A stretch of 64,000 nt of DNA from a virus. Both the position numbers and the translations under genes were made by a program. The notes under the pieces were generated by a model. It had not been told where the DNA came from and made no database searches. It saw nothing but the letters and a program-made list of their open reading frames with translations. Of this stretch, positions 50,901-58,742 are shown piece after piece. Location of the stretch: positions 32,001-96,000 of the IMG/VR virus record IMGVR_UViG_3300042940_001100; one strand, given 5' to 3'. Every line of letters starts with the position of its first letter. The stretch's first letter is position 1.

Positions 50901-51312
50901 AGTAATAGCTGAAGCTACAATCATTATAACATCTACAGCTCTGATTGCTATACTAATGGCAGCCGGTGATGATGATGAAGATTTAAAGAAAAACTATGCA
51001 TACAACTTCACACTATATGAATTAATCCGTATGAGAAGTGAGACTTTCGCGTATATTAGTCTTCCAGATGCATACAGGGTTGTTAAGTCACCATCTGCTA
51101 TGACAGGAACTTTAGAAAGAGCTATCAAGTTTACTGATCAATTCTTCTTTACATGGGATCCTGAAGAACTAGAATTTCAAAAAAAGTCAGGTATATGGAA
51201 TCAAGGAGACAACAAATCATGGGCTTACTTCTTAAAACTTATGGGTTACTCTGGTTATAATATTAAACCAGAAGAAGCAGTAGAATCATTCAAAGGAACA
51301 CTAAACAAATAA
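47983..51312 (+). CDS. Large ejected virion protein with C-terminal hydrophobic helix
   Basis: 1109 aa, start overlaps the RNAP stop. N-terminal SCPN.SS.EWK; TM-like ATIIITSTALIAILMAAG followed by DDDE. Confidence 0.65.
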   Translation: MLNSCPNESSQEWKDILKETNGNRERALELWEERGFADNEDLNSEPEAEKEEVPDIDPEKDTAFGKLIGSIKVFVNKQLAILQQKVVRDQETKEKKLQDLIKNIEAAEGVDSIYIFIKDAYNNANRAKKQLEDLIKNKDAYDRKDLMGKMLAISDFINGYSILDELNNADLKEYFMQRVSIKIPEGELTPQQLVSAAIATKNDIKARYINQGIPLMADFLLGYTTELGATILDQIDTLNKRIKNLAFENLSDKKKEERAKEYQDKIDKLQSFSLNKKTLVEALRSFTSDTGVLSFLMDPLISSEDSVLALFAKAVKSQLENARMKDDDNLKYVGKAFDNYKASNTANRDNPAKFNEGIYETVTVTYTDKNGEKKTAERIDFVQKYDQEKFKQARKAFRKSLGEAPKLSEVPTKQEKIKLKEYISKVAAWNRENTEPKPKEEIDKIIAAKEKQRNANLITEEEYNKWKKSVMYTDKFGNTTYKRELSQPAKKYISTKWLAMYDVNDKPKNNKGEYHKALLKIYFEAQDKLPASKRRGFRVPSVPKSDLERAIANGLIDLTKQNFSDAINVKVYDPEFGLAGLGETEAKFLPVHYTQAMNAENVSLDLAKSVLLFAAMANRYEALNEIHSEISMFQTIIGDRKIAETNSKGEPILDAFANKQGYVEYIKQNGEAYSKKHVDAFIDMVVYGEMQKAEEILGVSLSKITNIGTGISAVTTIALDVLKGVANNLQGNIQLIIEANSGEFFNKKNLALGKVEYMKELPGILADFGKSYPESFLGQLINRYDPMQGTYKDHYGKDVTGSVASKLFRTNTLFFNQQFGEHEIQVSCMLALMDATTVTAKDGTQMTLLNAYKKFGVTGVAENTDFTEKKRQALQNRLHALSKRMHGVYNDFDKGTAGRYSLGRLATMYRKHLVPGYMRRFKSLSMDQELGTITEGFYRTFWNTFVRDLRDYKFNVAQNWSTYSAFEKAQIKRVIAEATIIITSTALIAILMAAGDDDEDLKKNYAYNFTLYELIRMRSETFAYISLPDAYRVVKSPSAMTGTLERAIKFTDQFFFTWDPEELEFQKKSGIWNQGDNKSWAYFLKLMGYSGYNIKPEEAVESFKGTLNK

Positions 51313-51314
51313 CA

Positions 51315-51452
51315 ATGGCTAAGCAAACAGTAACAGGATCTATTAAGATCAAAGCAAAAATTAAAAGAAAAGGAATTCATGCTAAGAGTAAAACCTCTTC
51401 TAATCCTAATAGTAAGAACTATAGGAAACCAAGAGTATCTCAGGGTAATTAA
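51315..51452 (+). CDS. Small basic protein (45 aa), not in the ORF track
   Basis: MAKQTVTGSIKIKAKIKRKGIHAKSKTSSNPNSKNYRKPRVSQGN*. Starts 2 nt after the upstream stop and ends just before the terminator. Confidence 0.7.
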   Translation: MAKQTVTGSIKIKAKIKRKGIHAKSKTSSNPNSKNYRKPRVSQGN

Positions 51453-51495
51453 AAAAAAATAGAGATACTCCCGAAGGAATATCTCTATAATTTTT
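51451..51495. terminator. Bidirectional rho-independent terminator between convergent modules
   Basis: A9 run, hairpin ATAGAGATA-C-TCC-CGAA-GGA-A-TATCTCTAT (51459-51488), then T run; lies at the strand switch. Confidence 0.8.
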
Positions 51496-51877
51496 ATTTG
51501 AAAATGATCTTTGCAATATCCGGCCTAAAATACCGGTTGCTCTTCATAATCTTGCCGTCTTCTCTTAAGATAGGATTGCCATCAGCATCTAACTTACTCA
51601 TGTTACTAAGGTGAATTTCATTAAACACTTCTTCTATCTTATGTTGAAGACCGTGCTTTAGAATAGTTCCACATAATATATACAGCTGATCCCCTAAAGC
51701 ATCTGCTATTTCTACCATGTCTTCTTTGTTACAAGCTTCTAAGTATTCTTCATTCTCTTCAGCCATTAATCTATGGCGTAGTTCAGCTTCTCCTGTTGTT
51801 AACAACATTGGGCCTGTGCCATTTTTTTGCTTAAAAGCTTCATGGAAGATTTCCACTTTTCTAATTGTTTCCTTCAT
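51494..51877 (-). CDS. MazG-like/all-alpha NTP pyrophosphohydrolase
   Basis: EENEEY...EIADALGDQLY...EIHLSNMSKL...REDGKIMK motif set. Confidence 0.8.
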   Translation of the reverse strand: MKETIRKVEIFHEAFKQKNGTGPMLLTTGEAELRHRLMAEENEEYLEACNKEDMVEIADALGDQLYILCGTILKHGLQHKIEEVFNEIHLSNMSKLDADGNPILREDGKIMKSNRYFRPDIAKIIFK

Positions 51878-52124
51878 TGTTCTTGGTTTTAAATTTTAAG
51901 TCATGTAGATAACATGCACTAGCTGAGATTAAATCTTTATATAAACCTTCTCTTTTGGCAGCTTCTTTTGTTGTATATAAATATGGATTTTCCTTACGGA
52001 GCATCTTAAGCTTAGCTATGTAATAAGAGTAAAGGAATTCTACTTGTTTTTCCTCTTGCTCACTTGATGTATCAAAATTAAACAATATTTCTTCTAAATT
52101 TACTTTTTCAGGATTTTCTTTCAT
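51861..52124 (-). CDS. Hypothetical protein
   Basis: 87-aa ORF, tightly packed with its neighbours in the - strand operon. Confidence 0.6.
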   Translation of the reverse strand: MKENPEKVNLEEILFNFDTSSEQEEKQVEFLYSYYIAKLKMLRKENPYLYTTKEAAKREGLYKDLISASACYLHDLKFKTKNNEGNN

Positions 52125-52127
52125 GTT

Positions 52128-52721
52128 TTAAAATATTAAATTTTCAGGAATAATTTCCTCTTTTATATAGTCAAGCATTCCATTTTTAGAGGGGTTTTCT
52201 CCATAAAAGCCTGAGCAGGAATCAATTATTATTTCTTCCTCTCCTTCTTTTTTAATTAGTTGAAATCCATAAACATCACCCATAACATATTGATTCATGG
52301 TTGATACTTCAAGCTTTAAGTTTGCTGTAGCTTTTTTTATTACTTCTTCTGTAATTACTGATTCTTTGTATTCTTCTTTAAGTTTTTTATCTGTTACATA
52401 GATGAATCCTACTTGTCCTGAGTCCCATGGACAAGAAAAACCTTCTGTGTTAATTGTTATACCGCTGTGATCATACATAAAAATAGGTATGCATACACTA
52501 GCTTTTAATTCATTTTCAATATGCTCTTGCATTTCTGACCAGTTTCCGAAGTCTTCTGATGCAAAATCTACTTCATCCCCAAAATTATATCTTTTGTGGA
52601 ATATTGCCATGGTGCCTAGATTATCCCAAGACCTCGGGCTTTCCGCCCAAGTGTCTTGAAATATCTGTAAGATGTGGCCATCTTTGAGCTTGTGCTCTTC
52701 ATATATATTCTTGTCATTCAT
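52128..52721 (-). CDS. Conserved-looking hypothetical protein of phages/mobile elements
   Basis: 197 aa. Motifs ESPR.WDNLG, MYDHSGITI, CPWDSGQVGFIY, GDVYGF, DSCSGFYG. Confidence 0.65.
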   Translation of the reverse strand: MNDKNIYEEHKLKDGHILQIFQDTWAESPRSWDNLGTMAIFHKRYNFGDEVDFASEDFGNWSEMQEHIENELKASVCIPIFMYDHSGITINTEGFSCPWDSGQVGFIYVTDKKLKEEYKESVITEEVIKKATANLKLEVSTMNQYVMGDVYGFQLIKKEGEEEIIIDSCSGFYGENPSKNGMLDYIKEEIIPENLIF

Positions 52722-52722
52722 T

Positions 52723-53694
52723 TTATAAATGGTTTAAATTACCTTCACTTTCTGCCTCCTTGATAGCATCTAATAAGTCTAGTTGTTCAATAACTGGTTT
52801 ATCTATTTTAATAATAACATCTTCTTTTAAAAAAGGATTTTCTATTTCTTGAATAGGATCCTCTCTAGGGATTGTTATATTAACTATATCAGCCAGAGTG
52901 GGTTGTATGATTTGTACTATTTCCTGTACATTCTCTGTAACCTCATTAGGTGTGTCTTCTTGAAGGACTAATGGTTGAATTCCGTACTCTTGTGTGAAAA
53001 ACCAATGTACGAGTCTTTGATGATCAAGCCAGTCTTTAGGATGTGATTTGTGTAAGCTTAGGGTTATATGATTGTATAAGGCCCATAAGCTTTTTGTGTC
53101 TGCATTATAATCAAACTTTGGTGAATGCATTTGGTGTTTGATTAATGTCAGCTGTTCTGTATTGAGTAAGTCTTCCTCAAAGTAAAGTCTTCCTACTAAT
53201 TCAGCTCTTGTTTTATCATCTACTATGATTGTTTTCATAGTTTCTTTATCATAGACTAATTGCTTGTAGTATTGTTTTGCTTTACTTATCTGAGTTTGGA
53301 TTGTTTCTGTTGTCTCTGAATCTGCTGATCCTGTATGCTTTCTTCCCCAGGCTCCCATGTTGCCATTTACCATTCCATTCATGCATACAAAGACATAACC
53401 TCCAATTGCACATTTGAATCTCATTGACTTATCATATGAGTTACTCCAAGCAAACATCATTCCCATATCAGGATCATCTGAGTAATCTAAATGGTATATG
53501 CCTTGTGCTATGTTCGCGTTCTGGTTGCATCTGTAGAGCTCTTGCTTTACTTTAAACCCTTGGGTTGTTAGGTTTCTTACGGTTTCTGCTATTACAAATT
53601 CATGTGGGATTACTGTATAAGTATCTCCTTCATAAACTGGCAGAGGTGCTGCCATTAATAATTCTTTTGTTGCTGTGATTGCTCTTTTTGCCAT
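52723..53694 (-). CDS. DUF945/DUF932-like protein
   Basis: YTVIPH, NSYDKS..F...G..FVC.NG, KHTG, SLWALYN..T; acidic disordered C-terminus. Confidence 0.7.
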   Translation of the reverse strand: MAKRAITATKELLMAAPLPVYEGDTYTVIPHEFVIAETVRNLTTQGFKVKQELYRCNQNANIAQGIYHLDYSDDPDMGMMFAWSNSYDKSMRFKCAIGGYVFVCMNGMVNGNMGAWGRKHTGSADSETTETIQTQISKAKQYYKQLVYDKETMKTIIVDDKTRAELVGRLYFEEDLLNTEQLTLIKHQMHSPKFDYNADTKSLWALYNHITLSLHKSHPKDWLDHQRLVHWFFTQEYGIQPLVLQEDTPNEVTENVQEIVQIIQPTLADIVNITIPREDPIQEIENPFLKEDVIIKIDKPVIEQLDLLDAIKEAESEGNLNHL

Positions 53695-53990
53695 TTTTCT
53701 TGATTAATTAATGTTTCTATTATTCCATAGAGAGTGGGTAGTATTATAAGCTTTTTACCAAACATCTTCTTTGTCTTTGGTGTACATTTTAAAACTTTCA
53801 ATTTCTCTATCCATTCTTCTATAGTTAGGTCTCCTTTATTCCGGTTACACTTTCTGCATGCATACACCTTGTTGTCCTTGGATAGTTTCCCACCCTTGGA
53901 CTTAGGTATAACATGGTCCTTAGTTCTGTTAAGATCCGTGAGGTATTCTCTACAGTAATAACACTGGAATTTTACTGTCTCAAAATGCAT
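53655..53990 (-). CDS. HNH endonuclease
   Basis: CYYC...TKDHVIPKSKGG...NKVYACRKCNRNKG. Confidence 0.85.
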   Translation of the reverse strand: MHFETVKFQCYYCREYLTDLNRTKDHVIPKSKGGKLSKDNKVYACRKCNRNKGDLTIEEWIEKLKVLKCTPKTKKMFGKKLIILPTLYGIIETLINQEKWQKEQSQQQKNY

Positions 53991-54473
53991 TTAAAATAAT
54001 GTTAGTTGATTATTTTTTGGAATGATGTTATTTATCTCCTTGTAAATCTTGTCCAGATAATAGCTTTCATCAATCTGGTAGTCTGCCCAAGATTTCTCTT
54101 CGTAGAGATTGAATATTTCTTGCATCCACTTCCCGGCTTCCAGCTGAATCTCTCTTCCATCAGACTTATTTACTTTATAGATCTTACATCCCTTTGGTGA
54201 GATATAATACCTTAGTGTTTTTTGTAGCTTTTCTCTACCTATCACCTGATCCTTTACACATACTTGTTGAAACTCCCAATCACCCTTGATTTTTACACCT
54301 GCACAATAGTCATAGATATTTCTATTTTCTTGTAAAAACTGTTCAGGTATCTTGCCTTCTACAAAGAACGCGTATAAAGCTTTAGGTATGATTAAAAAAC
54401 TTTTGTTTTTATGAAGTGCTAAATTGCTAAATTCAAATAAGCCTTTACATTTTACTTTTTTTTTCTCAGCCAT
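53991..54473 (-). CDS. polB: DNA polymerase family B, C-terminal (thumb) fragment
   Basis: Begins KKVKCKGLFEF, the K.KG motif that normally follows NNY.AV in PolB; ends YYLDKIYKEI...QLTLF (clamp-binding-like tail). Confidence 0.75.
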   Translation of the reverse strand: MAEKKKVKCKGLFEFSNLALHKNKSFLIIPKALYAFFVEGKIPEQFLQENRNIYDYCAGVKIKGDWEFQQVCVKDQVIGREKLQKTLRYYISPKGCKIYKVNKSDGREIQLEAGKWMQEIFNLYEEKSWADYQIDESYYLDKIYKEINNIIPKNNQLTLF

Positions 54474-55104
54474 TTAATTTTATCCTTTCTATACTTATAC
54501 CTCTAAAAAGTACTTTGTTGATTTTTTGTTTATGAAAAGTTGCTAGAACATTTTTAAGACCGCATCTTTTTAGCCTTTTATAATCTAAAAGTCTATTGTT
54601 CACTTTATATTGGTATTTAGTTAATACTCTTGACAATACTTTAGCTTGTATCTTTCCTCTATTAGGTGTAGTTTTCCAATTAGCTGAAAGTTTTTGTCCA
54701 TGCTCTTTTCTTATACCCTCTGACCATTCTTTTTTCAATCTACTTGATATTTTTTTTCTTGTAGACTCATGAACAATCATTTGAGAATCACTATCTGATC
54801 TTAAATTATATCCATGATCTTTACTTAAAGCATTTAAAGCATTCATCCAGAAAAGTTCCTTTTTAGCAATTTCTATCTCATCTGTAAGTACTTCTAGTAC
54901 TGTATATTCAAAGTTTTCAGAACCATACTTAGTCCAAGAATTTTGTAGATGAGGACTATCAGATACTCCTTTATTTAATCTATAGTTATGTTCCCATATT
55001 CTAGCATAAATATTCATAGATTTACCTATATAAACCTTATTATTTATTAGATTTTTAATCATATAAATACCAGCTAGATTTTTATGTTTTATATTTGCTT
55101 TCAT
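54466..55104 (-). mobile_element. GIY-YIG homing endonuclease inserted in polB
   Basis: AGIYMIKNLINNKVYIGKS..I..R...H...LQNSWTKYG..NF...E..W...GYN, followed by a NUMOD-like basic region (HESTRKKIS). Confidence 0.85.
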
Positions 55105-55108
55105 AAAA

Positions 55109-55140
55109 CAAATATAAAGAAATATAGTTATTAATACAAA
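55109..55140 (-). promoter_or_regulatory. Bacteroidota-type promoter for the GIY-YIG gene and polB C-terminal fragment
   Basis: On the - strand, TTTG(55140-55137)-N20-TATATTTG(55116-55109), 4 nt before ATG 55104. Perfect consensus match. Confidence 0.65.
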
Positions 55141-55155
55141 TTTTCTTAATAACTA
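55125..55155. repeat. 10-bp perfect inverted repeat starting at the polB stop codon
   Basis: TAGTTATTAA (55125-55134) / TTAATAACTA (55146-55155), 11-nt spacer containing the -33 box. Confidence 0.7.
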
Positions 55156-56583
55156 GTATACCGCTAAGTAATTATTGACATCTTTGATAACCATCTTCTG
55201 ATATTGGTCATGTTCTAAACTGAGTTGAGTCAGTTTTTCCCATTCTTTACAGATTTCAAGATATTTTTCCTGATCTTTCTCAGGTATCATAAACTCTACA
55301 CCATCTGTATTCTGCATTAGAGGAACCGATTCTGGTATACCTTCACTTATCATCTCATACAGCATCATAAGGCTTAGCTGCCCGTTGATGGTTATCTGCA
55401 TGCCAAATTGAGGATCATATAGGAAACTGTTCTCGTCTATACTTAATCCAAAGGTTGAGTTTAGGATAATCTTAAATACATAGTTCTTAGGATCTGATTT
55501 AGGTAGCTTTTTTCTTTCTTCAAAGAACCATTCATATATCTCACAAAATTCTTGCTTAGGTAGATGAGCCGGGGCCCACTTGTTTCTAATAGCTAGATTT
55601 GGATAGTATGATACAACATCAGATGATAGTATCAACATGCCATTACCGGATTCATAAACTCCAGCTTTTGTACAACCATGTACACCACCTAGACCAAAGT
55701 CTGTTTTAACTCCTTTATGAGTCAAACTATACTTAAATCCTCCTTTGGTGTTATTAGCATTCAGTATTAAACTTTGAAAGTTTTCTAATAAACTTTTAAA
55801 GGTTAAACTTTTAAAGTTTGTATAGGGTAGTATGATATCTGATATTTTGATTAGATCTCTTTTGGTTCTGAGATTCTTAAGATCATACTTGCTTATACCG
55901 GTTCCTTTGCTTAAGAAGTGTAGGAATAACTCTTTGGATATTCTTGGTTCTGAAGCACTAAAAAGGTTGATTTTGTATTCAGCTGTTAGAGTCTTGCGGA
56001 GATTGATCTGTTCCTTACTAAGCTGCATAATCTGTTTAGTAGATCTAACATCATTCTTACAGTACTCAATTATTGTATTAAGCTGCTCCTGAGAGGTTAT
56101 TGACTCTGTATGGTCTATTGGCATATCTAATAAGTTTGGCCAGTCCATAGAGTATTGTATCCACTTTAAACCGGATCTCTTAGCTGGGTTATCCCAGTGA
56201 TTAAGCTTGAATACATCAATTTGCCTAATACTTAGATCTTTTTCACTAAATTCTGCAAATCTTCTTTCATCTTGACCGTCTATTATCTTTTGTGCTTGCT
56301 TGTGGATCCATCCAGCAATATCTACAGCATTTAGTTTTAAAAGATGTGATTTGGCTCTTAGTATGTGCTCTGTAATTTGTGAGTCAAAACCTAACCCGTT
56401 AAATGATATGTGCCACTCATCTTGTTTTTTATTTTGTTCTAGAAAATCTATTAGCTCTGCAATCTGATTTTCTAGACGACTTACTACAAATACTCTTGTT
56501 TCAGTTCCTGTATAGTGTTCTGCTACTAGAACAGTACAATCTATCAGGGTTTCGTAATCCATTACCCAATTGTCTTTAGCCAT
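55153..56583 (-). CDS. polB: DNA polymerase family B, N-terminal fragment (3'-5' exonuclease, palm, fingers)
   Basis: ExoI MDYET, ExoII FNGLGFD, ExoIII YCKNDV, motif A SDVVSYYPN, motif B KIILNSTFG, motif C NTDG. Ends DVNNYLAVY*. ATG 56583 preferred over 56718. Confidence 0.9.
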   Translation of the reverse strand: MAKDNWVMDYETLIDCTVLVAEHYTGTETRVFVVSRLENQIAELIDFLEQNKKQDEWHISFNGLGFDSQITEHILRAKSHLLKLNAVDIAGWIHKQAQKIIDGQDERRFAEFSEKDLSIRQIDVFKLNHWDNPAKRSGLKWIQYSMDWPNLLDMPIDHTESITSQEQLNTIIEYCKNDVRSTKQIMQLSKEQINLRKTLTAEYKINLFSASEPRISKELFLHFLSKGTGISKYDLKNLRTKRDLIKISDIILPYTNFKSLTFKSLLENFQSLILNANNTKGGFKYSLTHKGVKTDFGLGGVHGCTKAGVYESGNGMLILSSDVVSYYPNLAIRNKWAPAHLPKQEFCEIYEWFFEERKKLPKSDPKNYVFKIILNSTFGLSIDENSFLYDPQFGMQITINGQLSLMMLYEMISEGIPESVPLMQNTDGVEFMIPEKDQEKYLEICKEWEKLTQLSLEHDQYQKMVIKDVNNYLAVY

Positions 56584-56629
56584 GTTAGTTTTGTTCAGTT
56601 CAGCTGTCCCCCCTATATGTTTAAGACAC

Positions 56630-56656
56630 AAAAAGGAGAGTATTTCTACTCCCCTT
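56630..56656 (-). terminator. Rho-independent terminator upstream of polB
   Basis: On the - strand, AAGGGGAGTA-GAAA-TACTCTCCTT followed by TTT (GNRA loop). Confidence 0.7.
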
Positions 56657-56683
56657 CTGCAGCTATGGTTTTTATTTTTGAGA

Positions 56684-57112
56684 TTAAGGCATGATAATTG
56701 AAGACTTTGGTGCTTCAATTACAACATCTTTACTTGATAAGATACTCATGTAATCAACAGTCTTTGCATTGATTGCTATTGCTTCAATGAAAGCCATGAT
56801 TTCCACTTGCTCTATTATATAATATTTCTGTAGTGTTTCTGTAGTTCTTCTTTCTTGTTTGTAGATCATAGGTTGACCATTTTCATCTTGAATAGGATGC
56901 TTTCTTTTTTCCATATCTCCATTATCATCTAACTTTGGAAAATAGGCATGCTCTTGTTTCTTGAATGGAGAGTTAATCTCCAATACTTTTTTGTCTTTCC
57001 AGTACACAACATCTATGTATGGACAATCTGCGGTTACAGGAATCATTCTGAAACTCTTTTCTGTTGCTGTATATGGTACAGTTATCAACATCATTGTTTT
57101 TAAGTCACTCAT
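56684..57112 (-). CDS. Hypothetical protein
   Basis: 142-aa ORF in the operon (KSFRMIPVTADCPY...PKLDDNGD). Confidence 0.65.
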   Translation of the reverse strand: MSDLKTMMLITVPYTATEKSFRMIPVTADCPYIDVVYWKDKKVLEINSPFKKQEHAYFPKLDDNGDMEKRKHPIQDENGQPMIYKQERRTTETLQKYYIIEQVEIMAFIEAIAINAKTVDYMSILSSKDVVIEAPKSSIIMP

Positions 57113-57129
57113 TTTATTTTGTTTTGGGG

Positions 57130-57702
57130 TTACAAATTACTATTTTTTATGCCTAGTTCCAAATTTATTATCTTAGCTACTAAGTTTTCTTTATCAAGAT
57201 CCATTTCAGAACAAAGTTCTTTTACTTCTCTCAATAATGATTCTTCAACTTTTAGCATTTCTGCATACATAGAATAGTATTTTTCTGGATACAGAAAACT
57301 TTCTACATAAGCATAATTTGAATCTCTTTTACCATAAAAATTCTCAATCTTTTTCTTGTATGAATAACTAACTTCAGAATATTTTCCATTTATTAGTTTT
57401 TCCCAATCTTTTCTGTATTCTGAGAAATCAAAAACATAAGCTCCTTTATGATCTTCAAGTTGTTTGAAGTCATAAAAATGCCTATTTTTCAATAGTCTAT
57501 CTTTCTCAAAATTTCTAAATTCTAAATCATCTCTTAAATGATATAGACATATTAGTTTCATATCTTTACATGAATACTGCTCATGCCAAGATATGTAGGT
57601 TTCAATAGGGGTTACACTTGCCCCGCGTTTTATTTCCAGAATAGGATACATGAATATCCTACTTTTCTGAAAATAATTTTTGTACAAAGATTTAATAGCC
57701 AT
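57130..57702 (-). CDS. Hypothetical protein
   Basis: 190-aa ORF (YFQKSRIFMYP...GKYS) next to the exonuclease gene. Confidence 0.65.
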   Translation of the reverse strand: MAIKSLYKNYFQKSRIFMYPILEIKRGASVTPIETYISWHEQYSCKDMKLICLYHLRDDLEFRNFEKDRLLKNRHFYDFKQLEDHKGAYVFDFSEYRKDWEKLINGKYSEVSYSYKKKIENFYGKRDSNYAYVESFLYPEKYYSMYAEMLKVEESLLREVKELCSEMDLDKENLVAKIINLELGIKNSNL

Positions 57703-57707
57703 AGTTA

Positions 57708-58742
57708 TTATAAAATTACTTGGCCTGTCTCAAATTTAAAGGGTAAATCATACTTATTATTCTTATAATGCCACTCTGCTTCTGCTAGCTTAAGATTTAA
57801 TTCATTTTGCCAGTTCTGCATTGTGGTAGGACTCACTTCAAAACAGTAGACTTGATTATACTTATCTACTACTATAAAATGAAAAACTATTTTCCAATCA
57901 GCATCAATACTATCCTTTAGCTTTTCTTTAACAAGCCTTTGATAAATTGCTGCCTGTAGATTATAGTTATAAAACTTTACGGTCTCTTCAAAGTCTGCAA
58001 CAGTTTTACCAGTAGTTTTAAGATCATTGATATAAATGATTTTAGCATCAAAATCAATTTTCATATTATCTATGGCTCCTCTTAGTCCAAAAGATGAAAA
58101 TTCCGCAGAGCTATACTGATCTATAGACAGCATTAGTTCATTGTGTATTTTAGTATTATCCATCTCTGATCGGTATGTACCTAAAAGTTCAGTTGCTTTA
58201 CTGTTACTCTTAATTACATCTACTGCTTCATTACATCTTTGTAGTGTTTCATTATCTATTAAATCCTTATTGCCTTTTACTTTTAAGAATTCAAAATAAC
58301 TTATAGTTTCTTCTGTAATTATTTTTGCAAATCTTTGAGCATCTGTCTTGAGTGCCTGATGTAAGTTGATCTCTTTGAGTATATCTAAAATATCTTTTCC
58401 AAAATCATCTAGAGTACCTATTGTTCCAAAAGAACTAAGGATGTGCTCTTTGTGTTTTTGAAATACTTTATCTATAACTAGTCTTGAGTTGCCTGTGGGT
58501 AGAGTGGATGGCAAAAGTATGAAACTTTTATCAAAACTACCATCATCAAGCAATAAATTGTGAATAACTTTTCCATCTATTAAATAACTTTCAAGTTTCT
58601 CTTCCCTCTGTTGAAGGACATAATGTTTGTAATAGAGTTTAGGTGAGAATAGTAATTTATTTAAGCCTGAGTAACTTAGTACCAGGGGCTTACTATAAAA
58701 TTCTTTCTCTAACTCTTGTGGTGTTTTTATTGTTTCTATCAT
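57708..58742 (-). CDS. PD-(D/E)xK exonuclease (RecE/ExoVIII-like)
   Basis: LSYSGL..LL.SP..Y, GKVIH, LRGAID...INDLKTTG, YNYNLQAAIY. Confidence 0.8.
   Translation of the reverse strand: MIETIKTPQELEKEFYSKPLVLSYSGLNKLLFSPKLYYKHYVLQQREEKLESYLIDGKVIHNLLLDDGSFDKSFILLPSTLPTGNSRLVIDKVFQKHKEHILSSFGTIGTLDDFGKDILDILKEINLHQALKTDAQRFAKIITEETISYFEFLKVKGNKDLIDNETLQRCNEAVDVIKSNSKATELLGTYRSEMDNTKIHNELMLSIDQYSSAEFSSFGLRGAIDNMKIDFDAKIIYINDLKTTGKTVADFEETVKFYNYNLQAAIYQRLVKEKLKDSIDADWKIVFHFIVVDKYNQVYCFEVSPTTMQNWQNELNLKLAEAEWHYKNNKYDLPFKFETGQVIL

Noticed and set aside
55090-55097. Antisense TATATTTG box on the + strand inside the GIY-YIG gene
   Set aside because: No TTG at the -33 spacing; likely chance in AT-rich DNA.
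54474-55152. Group I intron or intein in polB
   Set aside because: Only 48 non-coding nt are available, no convincing P7 (GACUA/UAGUC) pairing was found, and there are no intein terminal residues. A covariance search is still needed to exclude an intron fully.
56584-56718. N-terminal extension of polB given by the ORF track
   Set aside because: It overlaps the upstream gene and runs through a terminator; the ExoI motif begins right after ATG 56583.
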